NCBI RefSeq assembly: GCF_006345805.1
Contig: NC_043006.1
Coordinates: 38,750,001 to 38,814,000, forward strand
DNA: 64,000 nucleotides
Direction: 5' to 3'
Source of the DNA: Octopus sinensis
Taxonomy: Eukaryota
Below are positions 25,091 through 39,739 of the stretch, one piece after another. A program made the translations under genes and the position numbers. The notes under the pieces were generated by a model. That model did no database searches. It had not been told where the DNA came from and saw only the letters and a list, made by a program, of their open reading frames with translations. Position 1 is the stretch's first letter; each line of letters opens with the position of its first letter.

Positions 25091-27119
25091 CAAATCCTCC
25101 TCAATTCTTCCTTCCTTTAAGGAATTCTGAAACCTCATATGCACTTTCGTAAACATTTTTTTTTACATTGTTTTTCTCTTTTGTTTTTCTTCTTCTTCCA
25201 TTTTGCTAATTTATTTCTTCTCTTAATTTTGTCTTTTCATTCTCCTCTTACCTTCACCCCTCCCCCTCTCTCTCTATTTCTTTCTCTCTTTCTATCTACC
25301 TCTCTTGTTTTCTCCTCTCTTGTTCTATTTTCTGCCAGAAGAATTCTTCATAAGAATAATAAAACAAACCAACCAATGAGAAGAAACAGAAAGTGCTATT
25401 ATTCGATCATCTCTTGCTTTCCGGTACATGCATAACATCAATCTATAATCACGTCAGTAAGACTAATTAAAGGGAAAACCCAGTTAAAATTTTCATTAAA
25501 GCCAAAGTCTTTTATTAGACTTAATTATCACATCTTATTAACTGTTTCTTCTCTGGTGTAAATCTCCTCTCTTAAACTAAGAATACCACTTCCTTTCTTT
25601 AGATTAACAAAATGCTGAAAAACCAAAAATATATTTCAGTGAATCAAAAGTTATGGTTTGCTGTGTTTTTTTTTTTTTTTTTTTACTATTTACTCTATTT
25701 TAATTCTTGCTATTCGTTTTGTAATTGGTTTTACCATTCTGCAATTCTGTTCTTTATTTAGCCATTCTTTAATTTTTTTTTTTAATCTTTTGTTTGTTTC
25801 AGTCATTGGACAAGAGCCACGATGAGGGCTCCACCTTAAAGGGTTTCAGCTGAAAGGAGCTTCAGTAATTGTCTTGTTACATCTGGTAGTGATGCCATCA
25901 GTGTCTTTTGCCAAACCACTAAATTACAGGTATGTAAATAAACCAACACCAATACTCTGAAGTGGTGGTGGTGGTGGTGGTGGTGGAGGGTGACAAACAG
26001 ACACAAAGACGTACACACATACAGGCTCAATGCAGTTCTTTGGTTCATCAGATTCTAGTTAAACTGTTCAACCTAGACCAGCATGGAACACAGACATCAA
26101 ATGATGCTGCTGATGATGATGATGCAATACACACACATATATACACATACATGCATACAACATACATATATACATACGTACATATATATACAAACACATA
26201 TATAAATATATATATATATTATATATATATATATATATTATATATATATATATTTATATATATATAATATATATATATTTATATATATATATAAATATAC
26301 TGTGTGTATATATATATATATAATAATATATATATGATGATAAACAATATATATATATAACGATGATGATGATGATGATGATGATGATATAATGATAATA
26401 TATATATATATTTATATATATATATATATATATATATCTATATATATATATATATAATATATATATATTATATATATATTATATATATATATATATATGC
26501 ATACATGAGTACAGGATGTCAGTAATTGTGCAAACAACATAAAATACATAAACATATGAGTTAAATATGTAAATGAGAGCAAAAAATGGAAAATAGGACA
26601 AGTAAACACAGAGAAAGGACCCTTCATCAGTTGCCGGCTGTCTATCTACTCCTCATCTCAAGCATTCAGTGACACTATGAGTCTTCAAAGACTGTTACTC
26701 CCATAAATTCTAAAATAAAATTTAGGATTTATGGGGGGGGGGGTCAAAGTTGAGAACAAAAACAGGACAGTGGATACATGCAAGGAAACTGAACGAAAAC
26801 AAACATGAAGGATCATTAGACCAGAATGAGAGGAAAATAGTGATTGCTGGGAGAAATACTTTCCTTGCAGGAAAAGAAAGATAGTCACATGAGGAAAAGA
26901 AACAATGGTGTCAGCAATGAGAAAAAGAGAAAGAGGGGAAGGAGAGAGAGACAGATAGAAAATGGTGAAAAAGAGAGGGGGAGAAAAAGGGAATATATAT
27001 ACTGTATATATATATTGTTATATTTGGGGATATCTTTTTACCAATTAAACACACACACTACATACTTGTTCTTCATTTCACCATTATTATTATAGTCTCC
27101 TTTGTATGAAATTTTTTGT

Positions 27120-27330
27120 CATCGCCAGCCTCGTCTGGCACCTGTGTCGGTGGCATATAAAAAGCACCCACTACACTCACGGAGTGGTTGGCGTTAGGAA
27201 GGGCATCCAGCTGTAGAAACTCTGCCAGATCTGACTTGCCTGGTGCAGCCTTCGGGCTTCCCAGACCCCAGTTGAACCGTCCAACCCATGCTAGCATGGA
27301 AAGCGGACGTTAAACGATGATGATGATGAT
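27120..27330 (+). mobile_element. RTE-type 3' tail repeat
   Basis: GGCGTTAGGAAGGGCATCCAGCTGTAGAAAC...GGACGTTAAACGATGATGATG. The same tail occurs at 250-413, 6370-6850, 19440-19740, 29110-29290, 32940-33320, 37390-37740, 57250-57455 and 63740-64000. Confidence 0.85.
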
Positions 27331-27373
27331 ATATATATATATATATATACACAAACACACACACATATATGTA

Positions 27374-27609
27374 CAGGGTTGTCTAAAAGTCACCTAACAG
27401 TAAATCAAAACCCATTTAATTCCAAGATAAAAACAAATTATTTTATATGAGACTTTGCTAATAAATAGACAAATGTTGAAAAAAAAATGGTGATTTTAAA
27501 TCACAGCATTCAATTATTGAACATTCATAATTGGAATGAATAAATAAAATTGAATATTATATATTTATGGAATTTTGAGTTACTGTCAGGTGACTTTTGA
27601 CCAACCCTA
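27374..27609. mobile_element. Tc1/mariner-type MITE
   Basis: TIRs CAGGGTTGTCTAAAAGTCACCTAACAGTAA / TTACTGTCAGGTGACTTTTGACCAACCCTA, TA-flanked. Confidence 0.8.
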
Positions 27610-27829
27610 TACATACAAATACACACACACACACATATATATATATGCAATGGACTTCCACACAGTTTCCATCTACAACAAACATTGGGTGGCCCAGAGT
27701 CATAGTAGAAGAGATTTGCTCTAGCTACTGAACAGTGGGACTGAACCCAGAAGTATGTGATTTCTGAAGAAGTTTCTTAACCAAACGGTCACACCCTGTT
27801 AACATTTTTCTTGCTAATTTTTGCCATGT

Positions 27830-28066
27830 TCCTTATTTCTTTATTGCCTGCATGGGGCTAAACATAGAAGGAACAAACAAGGACAGACAAAGGGATTAAG
27901 TCGATTACATTGCCCCCAGTGCATAACTGGTACCTAATTTATCAATCCTGAAAGGATGAAAGGCAAAGTCGACTTCAGTGGAATTTGAATTCAGAACGTA
28001 ACGGCAGACGAAATACCGCTAAGCTTTTCGCCCGGCGTGCTAACGATTCTGCCAGCTTGCCGCCTT
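27830..28066 (-). mobile_element. Meta-type SINE
   Basis: Reverse complement of the family head and Meta domain, ending CCAGCTTGCCGCCTT. Confidence 0.8.
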
Positions 28067-31000
28067 TAATTTTTGCCATGTTAGCACTGGTAAGTATGCT
28101 CAGTTGAAAGAGATTGCTTAGTCGAAAGAGTACCTTATGACCAAAATGAGGGTTTGATATCTCTGTAACATATTACTGATACTGCACAAACACCAGCACT
28201 TCAATAGCATACTTCACTAGCGCTAAATATGTGTAGTAATAAGCACAGTCCAGCACTATAAGTAGTCACCTGGTTTAATATCACTGCTTGGTCCTTTGAT
28301 ACCTTCAGCAGACAACACTCAGTTTTGCATGCATTATTCAAATTAGTCTCTAGTTTGATGATTTCCCATAAAATGTGCATTATTTCTTTCTTTTCCCCAC
28401 CCAAAGACCTTGCAATAAGATCATGGGACCTGCTTTCATTCTCTTCATTAAGTCATAAATAAAATTAAAAATTTACACATGTTTAGTTGGCTTGCTCTGG
28501 GTGTGCACATGTGTGTGTGCATTCATGTGTGTATGTGTGTGAGTGTGCAATTGCGTGTATGCACATATGTGCAAATAAATGCGTATGTGTGTGTATGTGT
28601 GTACATCCGAAAGAAGTGTAGAGTTTCACCGACTTTATTTAAATATCCATGTGATCGGAACAATCATCAGAGAAGCCATACCTTCCAGGCCTTGTGGCAT
28701 GTTAATTTACAAATTCGTATAGATTTGCATATTCGTTAAAGGCAAAATTACCGAGTGAATAAATTACAGACATACCGAAACATGAGTCATAAGTTCATAT
28801 TCGCTGCACAATAAATCTCATTGCTATTCTACACAACTATCTGAACTAAGTCACACACAATTACGTGCCATATCTATGAGCAAAACAATCTTACAGATTT
28901 ATAAACCCTACTTCACCTATTTTGCAACAAATACGCATCAGATTTTGATGCAACGCTAGTAATTGATTTGTATCCTGTCCAAAAAGAAATTCCTTTCCCT
29001 TCTGATTTAATTTTAGTTGAATTAGACAAATCAGCAAGTAAACCCCTCTCTGTTCATCAATCAACCTGCTAGAAATAGTAGCCAAATTTCCCCTAAGAAA
29101 GATATATATATATCATCATCATCATCATCATTGTCTAACGTCCGTTCTCCATGCTAGCATGGGTTGGATGGTTCGACCGGGGATCTGGGAAGCCAGAAGG
29201 CTGCACCAGGCTCCAGTCTTATCTGGCAATGTTTCTACAGCTGGATGCCCTTCCTAATGCCAACCACTCCGTGAGTATAGTGGGTGCTTTATGAGGGATT
29301 ATTATTGCTAATCTGGCAAAATACTTTTTGAGTCTCTGCTAATACAAATACACCAGGTTAACAAAAGTTTTTCTTATTGGTATAAAACTCCAGGTAATCC
29401 TAAGACAAGACTCAAAGTTGAAGTCCTCCATAAGCCATTGACTTTTTAGATCTATGATTGCATTCTTCAATTAATATGGCATGTTTTCACAGAGTGATCA
29501 AAGTGATTGCAAGAAAAAACATAAATAATGAACCTCAAACATTTCTTTATTTGGGCATCACAGACTTACAGCAGTTTCCAGTATGTATTTTAGGTGCATT
29601 CATAGATATATAAAAAATGAGGATGGTAATGACAGGAATGACTTGTAGCAGCAACATTTCCTTTGGCTCTTCTTTATGTTCTGAGTTTAAATACTGCAAA
29701 GGTCAACTTAACCTAAAATCCTTGATTTTAGAGTCAATAAAATAACATACCAGTCAAAAACTAAGGTCAATGCAAATGATTTATCTACTCCTCTCAAATT
29801 GCTGGTTTGTCCCAAAATTAGAAAGAATAAATCATATTTAGAATCTTAAAAAAAAAAAATAGATTAGCACAGACCTGATGGAAAGAAAATTTTGTGTAAG
29901 AGCTTTATTTATTTATTTGCATATTTATTTATTTGTCTATTTATCTATTATAAGTTTCTCTACCAGTTCTGCCTATCAAATTCCACTTGCAATAACTTAA
30001 TCAATTCAAAGATATGATAGAAGACATTTGCTCAACGTGGTGCATAGTAGGAAAGAGAGATCGAACCCCTGTGGTCGAAGGGGGCCTCCGTAGTTGAGGG
30101 ACCCCATGTTATTATCAAAGTACATATCAGCTATTTACTTTAGTTAAGATGGTAAACAAGAATTAGACTATATTAACTTAGATTTTCAAGAAATAAAACG
30201 TTAATACATTGTATTTGCAAAAGTTCTTGTAAAGATATTATATTGCACCACGAACGTCCTTACCTAAATAGGCTTTGTACACTCTGGTCCTTAATACTCA
30301 CATATCTGGAAGTTGTATTTATTGAAATTTGTAATAATCTTAAATAAATTTAACTTGTACTAAAGATGTTCTTTAGGATAACGTGAAATATTGAATTTCA
30401 GATAGAATAAAGTAAAATATAGCTATGAATAAAAGGTGCGTAGATTATGAATTTTGATTGAATGGATGGGGCCTCAAAGCAAAAAGTTGCAGGAGGCCTC
30501 TAAAAGTCATGCAATGTGCCTGGTCATGAGACAAACTTCCTAACCAGCTGCCAATGCTTGCTTGAAACTTGGAGTCACTCCTTTGCACTTGAAACCAATT
30601 CTTATGGAAAAATTTTAGCCATTACATATCAATAATGTGGCTAAAGCTTTTGTGAATAGCATAAATGCTTGAAGACAGCATCAGTATCTTTAATATAAGT
30701 TGCTAAAGTAAGGTCTGAAAAAGGAGACATCAATTTAAGAGTTAATTTAAAAAATACTGCTGAAGCAATAATACTAAATTGCATATGGATGGAATAAACT
30801 CATACAATTATAAATTAGCCAGACATTTGGTGAGCATCTGGTGGCATATTTTAAAATTATGTGGACATTAACTAGAAGGTGGTGCGGTGGATGATCGCAA
30901 TGGTAGTTTTCACTTCACACCTGGTTTTATAGTTATCTTATTTATATTTTCTCTCTTCGCTCTCGACATTTTTAAAGCGCAATTTTCATTTCACACACAC

Positions 31001-31542
31001 CCATACACAATTTTCACCATACACACGCACACACATGCTCTTACACATGCACACAGATGCAGAAGACATACGTAAAACATATATACATATATGAAGACAC
31101 ACATTCCTTAGATATAACAAAAAAAAAACGAATTAAGAAAATTAATAAAAAAAACGTACATAAAAACCTTTCACTGAGCAAAATGTGCATTATATTGATT
31201 AACTCATCATAAAATCTGTGGTGCAACGAAATTAATTTTATCTTTTGCATCATCATTCCACCAACACCATTTCTACAGTCAACCCATCACCACCACCAAC
31301 CCTCACCCTCACCAATTATTACATTTCTTTTTGTTTTTTTGTATATGTGTGTTTGCTTTCTTCATCTTTATCAGAGATGACAAAGATGGCGGTGTAGTTT
31401 CAAGATTGCAGTAGTAATGATGGTGGAATTTACAGTGAAGGTTTATTGGTTGTGGTGGTGGTAGTGATGATGATGGTGGTGGTGGTCACGGTGGTAGTGA
31501 TGATGATGATGGCGATGGTGGTGGTGGTGGTGGTGGTGGTGG

Positions 31543-31573
<31 letters not shown>

Positions 31574-32022
31574 GGCGATGGTGATGATGGTGGTGGTGGT
31601 GATGGTGGTGGTGATGGTGGTGGTGGTGGTGGTGATGGTGGTGGTGGTGATGATGATGGTGGTGGTGGTGGTGGCGGCGGCGGGGGTGGTGATGGTGGTG
31701 GTGGTGGTATTGTTGTTAGGTGATTGGGTAGAGAAAGAAAAAAAGTCGGTATTTTTCTTATTCGTTTTTCCTTCACATTTTCTTTGCATTCTCTCTACAA
31801 GACCACACCACACCACATCACACCACAGCAGAACTACCCCACAAGCCATCATCATGTACCACACCACCCTGCATACTACCCCACACCCTGTGCTTAGACT
31901 CCAGCATTACCCAAGGAATTCCACTGTGTTTAGAAAGATCTGTTAGAGATATTTTACAAAGACAAGCAAATAAATTGTTTAACACATAAACTTGTAGAGG
32001 GTGTCAACGTTGGAGTGAGAGA

Positions 32023-32078
<56 letters not shown>

Positions 32079-32402
32079 GGCAGTGGTGAGTGGGAGAGAG
32101 GAAGATGTTGGGGGATGTAAATATGGACATAATAAGAATTTGAAAGTATGGCAATGAAAAAGAGAAGAATAATTTGAATATATGGCAGAATGAGCTGTTT
32201 CTTTCCAGATCAGTCTATTGATCTGTCAGTCTGTCTGCCTGACTTTCTCTCTCTCTTTCTCACCATGTCCATACCATTAAACTATTGCAATTCGCTCACA
32301 AAGCTGATGCTGTGATGAAGGCAATTCTTCAAGATGTCACAGGCTGGGATTGAACATGGCATCTTAAGGATAAGCAGGGAACATTGCATCTAATAGTCCA
32401 TG

Positions 32403-32467
<65 letters not shown>

Positions 32468-32883
32468 TATATACATACATATACATAAATATGTGTCTGT
32501 ATCTATAAAGATATATAGATATGTGTGTGTGTGTGTGTTTTTGTTTGGGTGAAGGCACATGTCTCAGTGGTTACAGCATCGAGTTCACAATTATGACGTA
32601 GTGAGATCGATTCCCAGACCAGGCTGTGTGTTTTGTTCTTGAGCAAGACACTTCATTTGACACTGCTCCAGATCACTCATCCATAGAAACGAGTTGTGAT
32701 GTTACAAGTGCCAAGCTGAATCAGTCTTTGCCTTTCCCTTGGATAACACCAGTAGTGTGAAGAGGCGGGGCTGGTATGCATGGGTGACTTATTGTCTTCC
32801 ATCTACAACATTGCCCGGACTTGAAGGGGAATTTTCTAGAAGCATTCTCATGGTCATTTATGAACAAAGGGTTTTTTTACCTC

Positions 32884-32917
<34 letters not shown>

Positions 32918-33599
32918 ATATATGTATATATATGTATATCTGCTGTGCTTGAGAAGACCTGTTGAGTGAAGTGAAATCATTGTCATGGCTGATGCCAGTA
33001 CTGCCTGACTGGCATCTGGGCCAGTGGCATGTAAGAAGCACCATTCGAGCGTGGTCGTTGCCAGTGCCACCTGACTGGTTCCCATGCTGGTGGTATGTAA
33101 AAAGCACGATTTGAGCATAGTCGATGCCCATGCCATCAGACTGGCCCACCCCATGCTGGTGGCACCGGAGTGGTTGGTGTTAGGAAGGGCATCCAGATAT
33201 AGAAATCTTGCCAGATCAGATTGAAACCTGGTGCAGCTTCCTCGCTTGCCAGTTCTCAGTCAAACCGTCCAACCCATGCTAGCATGGAAAGCGGACGTTA
33301 AACGACGATGATGATGACATGTATGTATGTGTAACGAAAGAGAGAAACAAAAAAAATGGAGTTCACGAGATTCTTTATAAATCACAATGATTGTTTGTTC
33401 GACTCATCTTGCCTGGATTCCTCGCAGGTGACATACTATACAACTAGTTATGGTGCATCTGTCGGTATAGAAGTGTCTTTTCGGGTGACTTTTCAAAAGG
33501 TACCTCAGTCAATAAACTCGGTTTTGCTTCATTTGATCATACAGCATGTTGTTATTTACCAGTAGGTGACTGCCTGTAGGCTTTTTGTTTTCAAGTGTA

Positions 33600-34600
33600 T
33601 AGTCTTTTTGCATTTCAGTCATTTGACCATGGCCATGCTGGAGCACCACCTTGAGAGGTTTCAGTTGAACAAATGACCCCAAGACTTATTTTCGAAGTCT
33701 AGTACATATTCTATCATTCTCTATTGCTGAATTGCTAAGTTACAGGCATGTAAGCACAACAACACCAGTTGTCAAGTGGTGATGGGGGAACAACCACAGA
33801 AACAAAGGCAGACAGAAAGACACACACACACACACACATATATATATGATAGGTTTCTTTCAGTTTCCTTCTACCAAATCCACTCACAAGGCTTTGGTCA
33901 GCCTGAGGTTATAGTTGAAGACACTTGCCCAAGGTGCCATGCAGTGGGGATTGAACCTAGAACCAAGTGGTTCAAAAGCAAACTTCTTACCACACAGCCA
34001 TGCCTGCGCCTATATATGTTTTTATCTTTTACTTGTTTCAATCATTAGACCATGGTCATGCTGGAGCACTTCTACAGTCAAACAAATTGACCCTAGTACT
34101 TATGGTACATATTCTCTTAGTTTCTCTTGCTTATGGGGATGTAACCAAACCAACACTGGTTGTGTAGCAGTGGTGAGGAGACAAAAGCAGACACAAAGAC
34201 ACACATATCAAATATAAATGGCATGCTTCTTTCAGTTTCCATTTACCAAATCCCCGTACAATCCTTTGGTTCACCTGAGGCCATAGTAGAAGTCACTTTC
34301 CCAATGTGCCTTGCAGTTGGACTGAACCCAGAAACCTGTGGTTCGGAAGCAAACTTCTTACCACATCTACTCCTGCAACTTTATATATGCATATTCTTTT
34401 ATTTGTTTCAGTCATTTGACTGCGGCCATGCCGGAGCACTGCCTTTTAGCCAAACAAATCGACCCCAGGACTTATTCTTTGTAAGCCTTGTACTTATTCT
34501 ATTGAACTATTTTGCCAAACTACTAAGTTACAGGAATGTAAACACACCAACATCGGTTGTCAAGTGATAATGGTGAGGACAAACACAGACACACAAATAT
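33600..34600 (-). mobile_element. Three stacked CORE-type tRNA-derived SINE copies
   Basis: Repeated TTTCAGTCATTTGAC..GGCCATGCTGGAGCAC tails and CACTTGCCCAAGG core; homologous to 40092-40488. Confidence 0.75.
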
Positions 34601-34915
34601 ATACATATATATGTACACAAATATTCTATAATTATAAGCATAATTATAATCAGGGGTCAGCTAATTGCTTCGCCACACACTGAATTTAGAAATAGGAGTT
34701 AAAAATACCTTTTCTACTACCGTAAAGATCTCTCAGTAACACACTTTTTCATATAGGTAAATAATTATGCTTATAATTATAGAATATTTGTATGATTTTT
34801 ACCTAAAAAGGGTATTTTAATGTACTGAACTACTTGGTAAAATTATCAATTATTAATTAATTAATTTGACCCTTTTATTATTATTGATATATGTATATGT
34901 ATATATATATATATA

Positions 34916-34992
<77 letters not shown>

Positions 34993-34993
<1 letters not shown>

Positions 34994-35161
34994 AACCACT
35001 ACACGCATTTTTTTCTCTCCTTCTTTCTGTGCTCCTTTCTGTGGAAGAGCGTAGGCTCGAAACGTTAAAGACTCTTTCAATTCCCGAGTGTTATACTAAT
35101 ACATCTGTTTGTTTTCTACACCACCTGTCTTTGTCTTTTGTTTTTTTCGCGAATTCTCCCC
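34993..35161 (+). mobile_element. (AT)n-embedded repeat with hammerhead-shaped core (35035-35070)
   Basis: CTTT-CTGTGGA-A-GAGC-GTAG-GCTC-GAAA-CG-TT-AAAG; homologous to 7280-7435. Confidence 0.6.
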
Positions 35162-35397
35162 CTATATATATATATATATATACGATGGGCTACTTTCAGT
35201 TTCTATCTACCAAATCCACTCATGAGGCTTTGGTCAGCCTGAGGCTATAGTATAAGACACTTGCCCAGAACTATGTGTTTGGTTTGCAAGCTACTTACCA
35301 CACAGCCACTCCTGCACCTATCTCGATTATATATATGTGTATATATTATCTTGATCGAATCCTCCATGTGTTAACATGAATCTCCTATCAGCAATGT

Positions 35398-35431
<34 letters not shown>

Positions 35432-35849
35432 GCACATGCAAGCACACATATGCTCAGGGATATATAATTTCCAAAATGTGTTTCTTTACCACCAGAAGTT
35501 CTGCCTGTTTAAGATCAAACAGCATCTGACATGCTGTAAAGTTATTCTGCTTTATGATAAGATATCATCTAAATTTCTGTTAACAGTGTTCAGAATTTCA
35601 AGATGGCAACAAAAATCATTGTACATTTATTTCCTATGTTTCGCAATGAAGGCTTACTTCTTGTCATTAACAGCGACGTATCGTTTATTCACCCATTCCT
35701 TTCTTCTATTCAGGAGAAGGTTTATTTCTCCATTTTTTATCTTGCTCTTCAGGGGGTACAGATATTTAATGTTCAATGCGAAGCAGAGGAAGAAAATTGA
35801 AATATTATTCTATATTATATGTGTGTGTATGTATATATATTCTATACCA

Positions 35850-35893
<44 letters not shown>

Positions 35894-35976
35894 ATATATA
35901 TATAAGTATGTATATGTACGAAGGTTCCTTTCTGATTCATCTACTGATGGGCTTTGATATTTATATTCTACCAAAT

Positions 35977-36015
<39 letters not shown>

Positions 36016-36142
36016 TTATTTATTTATATATGTGTGTGTATGTGTGTGCATGTAATGTGTCTTTACGTGTGTATGTATATCTGTGCGTGCATATATATGA
36101 TGTATATATGTACATGTGTATATATGCATATTGTTTATATAT

Positions 36143-36179
<37 letters not shown>

Positions 36180-36816
36180 TCATCATCATCATCATCGTTT
36201 GATGATGATGATATATATATAAATGTATATATGTATATACATATATATGTATATACATATACACTTGCTTTCTTTCCTATTTATTTAAAATCTTACCGGT
36301 TTATATTCTTAATAGTTTTAATGTTATGCCAATCATTTCATTTAACTCCAAGGTCTTCACAGGTTCAAAGAGCGACACAGAGGTATTTGTGAATTCAAAA
36401 TCAAAATTTTGTTCTTCAAAGTTGCGTACAGTTCAGCAATAACAGAAAACAGACTACAACATCTGTACATACGCATGCTTGTGCGTATGTGTGTATGTAT
36501 GCATGTAAAATGCATGCATGTATGCAAGTGTGCATGTATGCATATTTCAAACACTTTGGTATTACTTGCCAAAGGTAGAATCACTGAGCTATTTCTTTCT
36601 CGTATCCAGCAGCTGCAGGCAAGTATAATAAACTTGATGCATTTTAAGAAAATAATGTTTCATAGAATGTAAAGCGAAAGGATTACAAAACAATTCAGTT
36701 TATGAAAAGCATATATATTATATTAAAATCTGCAGCTCTGTTGCCAGTAGTCCAATTTGCTGATGATAATAATAATAATAAAAATAATAATAATAATGAT
36801 AATAATAATAATGATG

Positions 36817-36869
<53 letters not shown>

Positions 36870-37772
36870 TATAATAATGATAATAATCACCACCACCACC
36901 ACCAACACCACCATCATCATCATCGTTAGCATGCTGGGGCAAAATGCTTAGCGAAATTTTGTCTGCTGCTATGTTCTGAGTTCAGTTTCTGCCAAGGTCG
37001 ACTTTGCATTTCATCCTTTGGGGTTTCAATAAATTAAGTACCAGTTGAGTACTGGGGTCGATATAATTGTCTATCCCTCTTCCCTCAATTTCGGGCTTTG
37101 TGCCTATAGTAGAAAAGATTATTGATGATTTGACTCAGGTTCATTCTTATTCCTGGTAGAATTTATGTGGGTAGAGGGTTGTTACCCACAACCTTAGATA
37201 TCTAGAAGCTTTCTGTAGACTTTCAGGTGCTTGAAACGCTTCTGATAATCTTTCCTGTCCCTAAAAGGCAAGCCATCTTCAGAAGTTCTACAGGACATTC
37301 TATTCAAATCTACTTCAACCATTTTTCTATATCTTTACCCACAGTTCTCTATGCACCAATTATTACAGGCACTGCTTTTGCCCCTCCCATCAGCATCATT
37401 GTTTAACATCCACTTTCCATTCTGGCATGGGTTGGACGGTTTGACTGAGGACTGGCAAGCCAGAAGGCTGCACCAGGCTCCAATCTAATCTGGTGAAGTT
37501 TCTACAGCTGGATGCCCTTCCTAATGCCAACCACTCCGAGAGTGTAGTGAGTGTATTTACATGCCACCGGCATGAGGGCCAGTCAGGCAGTTCTGGCAAT
37601 GACCATGCTCAAAAGGTGTTTTTTACGTGCTAAATGTATGAAAGCCGGTCTGGCAGCACTGATAAAGACCACACTCGAATGTTGTTTTCCATGTGCCACC
37701 AGAACATGTGCCAGTAAGGCGCCCCTGGCAATGATCACACTCATAAAGGATTATTATTATTATTATTATTAC

Positions 37773-37827
<55 letters not shown>

Positions 37828-38126
37828 TTCCAAGATCAGGAAATGTATTTCAAGTATATTGATATTAATAATATATAATAAACAGTTTGATAATTTGGTG
37901 CTCCAGCATGACCACAGCCACATGGCTGAAACGAGTTAAAGAGTAGAGTTTAAATTGGTCTATATTTAGTTAAAACTTATCAGATGTGTCATTGACTATA
38001 CAGTGCAGTCTGAGTTTAACAGGCAGTGCTGTAGCATGGCCACAGAGCATTGTTCTGGAACTCCATCACTACCATATTTATCCTCTTCCCAGTTACTTCC
38101 ATAAACCCTTATTTAATGCGGAATAT

Positions 38127-38676
38127 CCTTACTTCTTTCCACAAGGCCTTAGAGTTAACTCTGCCGCCTACATTAAGGTCCTGGAAATAATTGTTCAGCC
38201 CTGAATAGACAGTGTATACAATGGAAGTCCATATGTGTTTCAGTAAGACTCTGCTCTATCACACATGGCTCTGGTAACACAGGAATGGATGGCTGAAAAC
38301 TTTCATGATCGCATAACCCCTATCACTTGGCCTCCTAATTCCCCATATCTCAATCCATTGGACTATTACAAGTGGAGCATTGTTGAGAGAGAGAGGTCAA
38401 TGAACACGGCCATAACACCAAAGATTCTTTGAAAGTTGCCATAGTCAGAGTAATGTTCAAAATGAACCAGAACCTCTTGATTTGAGCATGTAGATGATTT
38501 AGATCTCATATAGAACCAGTTGGGGAAGCTGAAGCTGGCTTTATTGAATAACATTATAGAAAAGAAGGTTTATTTTCATCCTCATAGCATCTTTTGATGA
38601 ATAAAGTTGCTATTTGTTATTATATATCTGTTTTGTTTTTTATAAAATAAATCTGTCCTCAAATATCTTACACACA

Positions 38677-38680
<4 letters not shown>
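38127..38680 (+). pseudogene. Tc1/mariner transposase relic, DD37D (maT-like), C-terminal half
   Basis: PYFFPQGLRVNSAAYIKVLEIIVQP*IDSVYNGSPYVFQ*DSALSH...WPPNSPYLNPLDY...FIE*. 37 residues separate the D of DSA from the D of NPLD; in-frame stops present. Confidence 0.88.
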
Positions 38681-38769
<89 letters not shown>

Positions 38770-38774
38770 TATAT

Positions 38775-38841
<67 letters not shown>

Positions 38842-38852
38842 ATATAATATAT

Positions 38853-38924
<72 letters not shown>

Positions 38925-39230
38925 CAACACAACTATTACCTTACTTGGAAAGTTGAAGTGATTGTAGAGCAGCATGAAACAGTGTTTTGTATCATCTATT
39001 CTGGGAATTGAAACCTTGATCTTGCAACTGTAAGGTCAACACCTTAACCACTAGGCCATGTGCTTATGTACATATGTAGATATATATATATATATATATA
39101 CATAGATACACACACACAACATGTGTGTGTGTGTGATTTGTGTGTTTGTGCATGTATATACATTGTTCTATGTGTGTGTGTATGTGAGTGTGTGTGCAAT
39201 GGGAATAATTTTGAGGAATTTTGAAAAAAT

Positions 39231-39267
<37 letters not shown>

Positions 39268-39739
39268 GAAGAATAAATACATATTATTTAAATCAGTTCT
39301 TACTGACCCTATTTTCCATTATTGTTCCCTGGGGCAAAATTTATATTAGTATTTAACATTGGTCAATAGCTTATCTTAGCAGTTTACTTTTAACACATTT
39401 ATACCCACCCACCCACACACACACACATACACATACATATATATATATATCGAAATAAAAAACAAACAATAACAATTGTAATAATGGTGATACAGCTATG
39501 TAATCAGATGGATATCATGCTATATTATAAATGTTTAACACAGTGATAGCATTTGTAGCCTCCAGATGTACAAATGTAGTGCATATAGATTTATATTAAA
39601 CAAACTCATTGTATGTTGGAGTGGTTTTTACCAATAGTGTTTGGTGTATATTTAGTTTGTACTATTGTTTCCATTTTCCCCTCAGATTTATATATTTATA
39701 TTAACATGCATACATACTCTTGATATATATTATATATTA

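Noticed and set aside
28770-28800. CCGAAACATGAGTC as a hammerhead half
   Set aside because: No CTGANGA core or stem I partner nearby.
30060-30520. GGGGCC-rich ends suggesting a hAT MITE (also 21547 and 48770)
   Set aside because: Could not pair TIRs or find an 8-bp TSD.
31383-31393. AAAGATGGCGG, a YY1-like motif suggesting a promoter
   Set aside because: A single short motif with no CpG-rich promoter context or first exon evident.
35655-35750. Possible laminin-G-like exon (KIKNGEINLLLN...VND) with GTAAGC donor
   Set aside because: Resemblance is weak and its 0-2 phase has no compatible partner exon that I could find.
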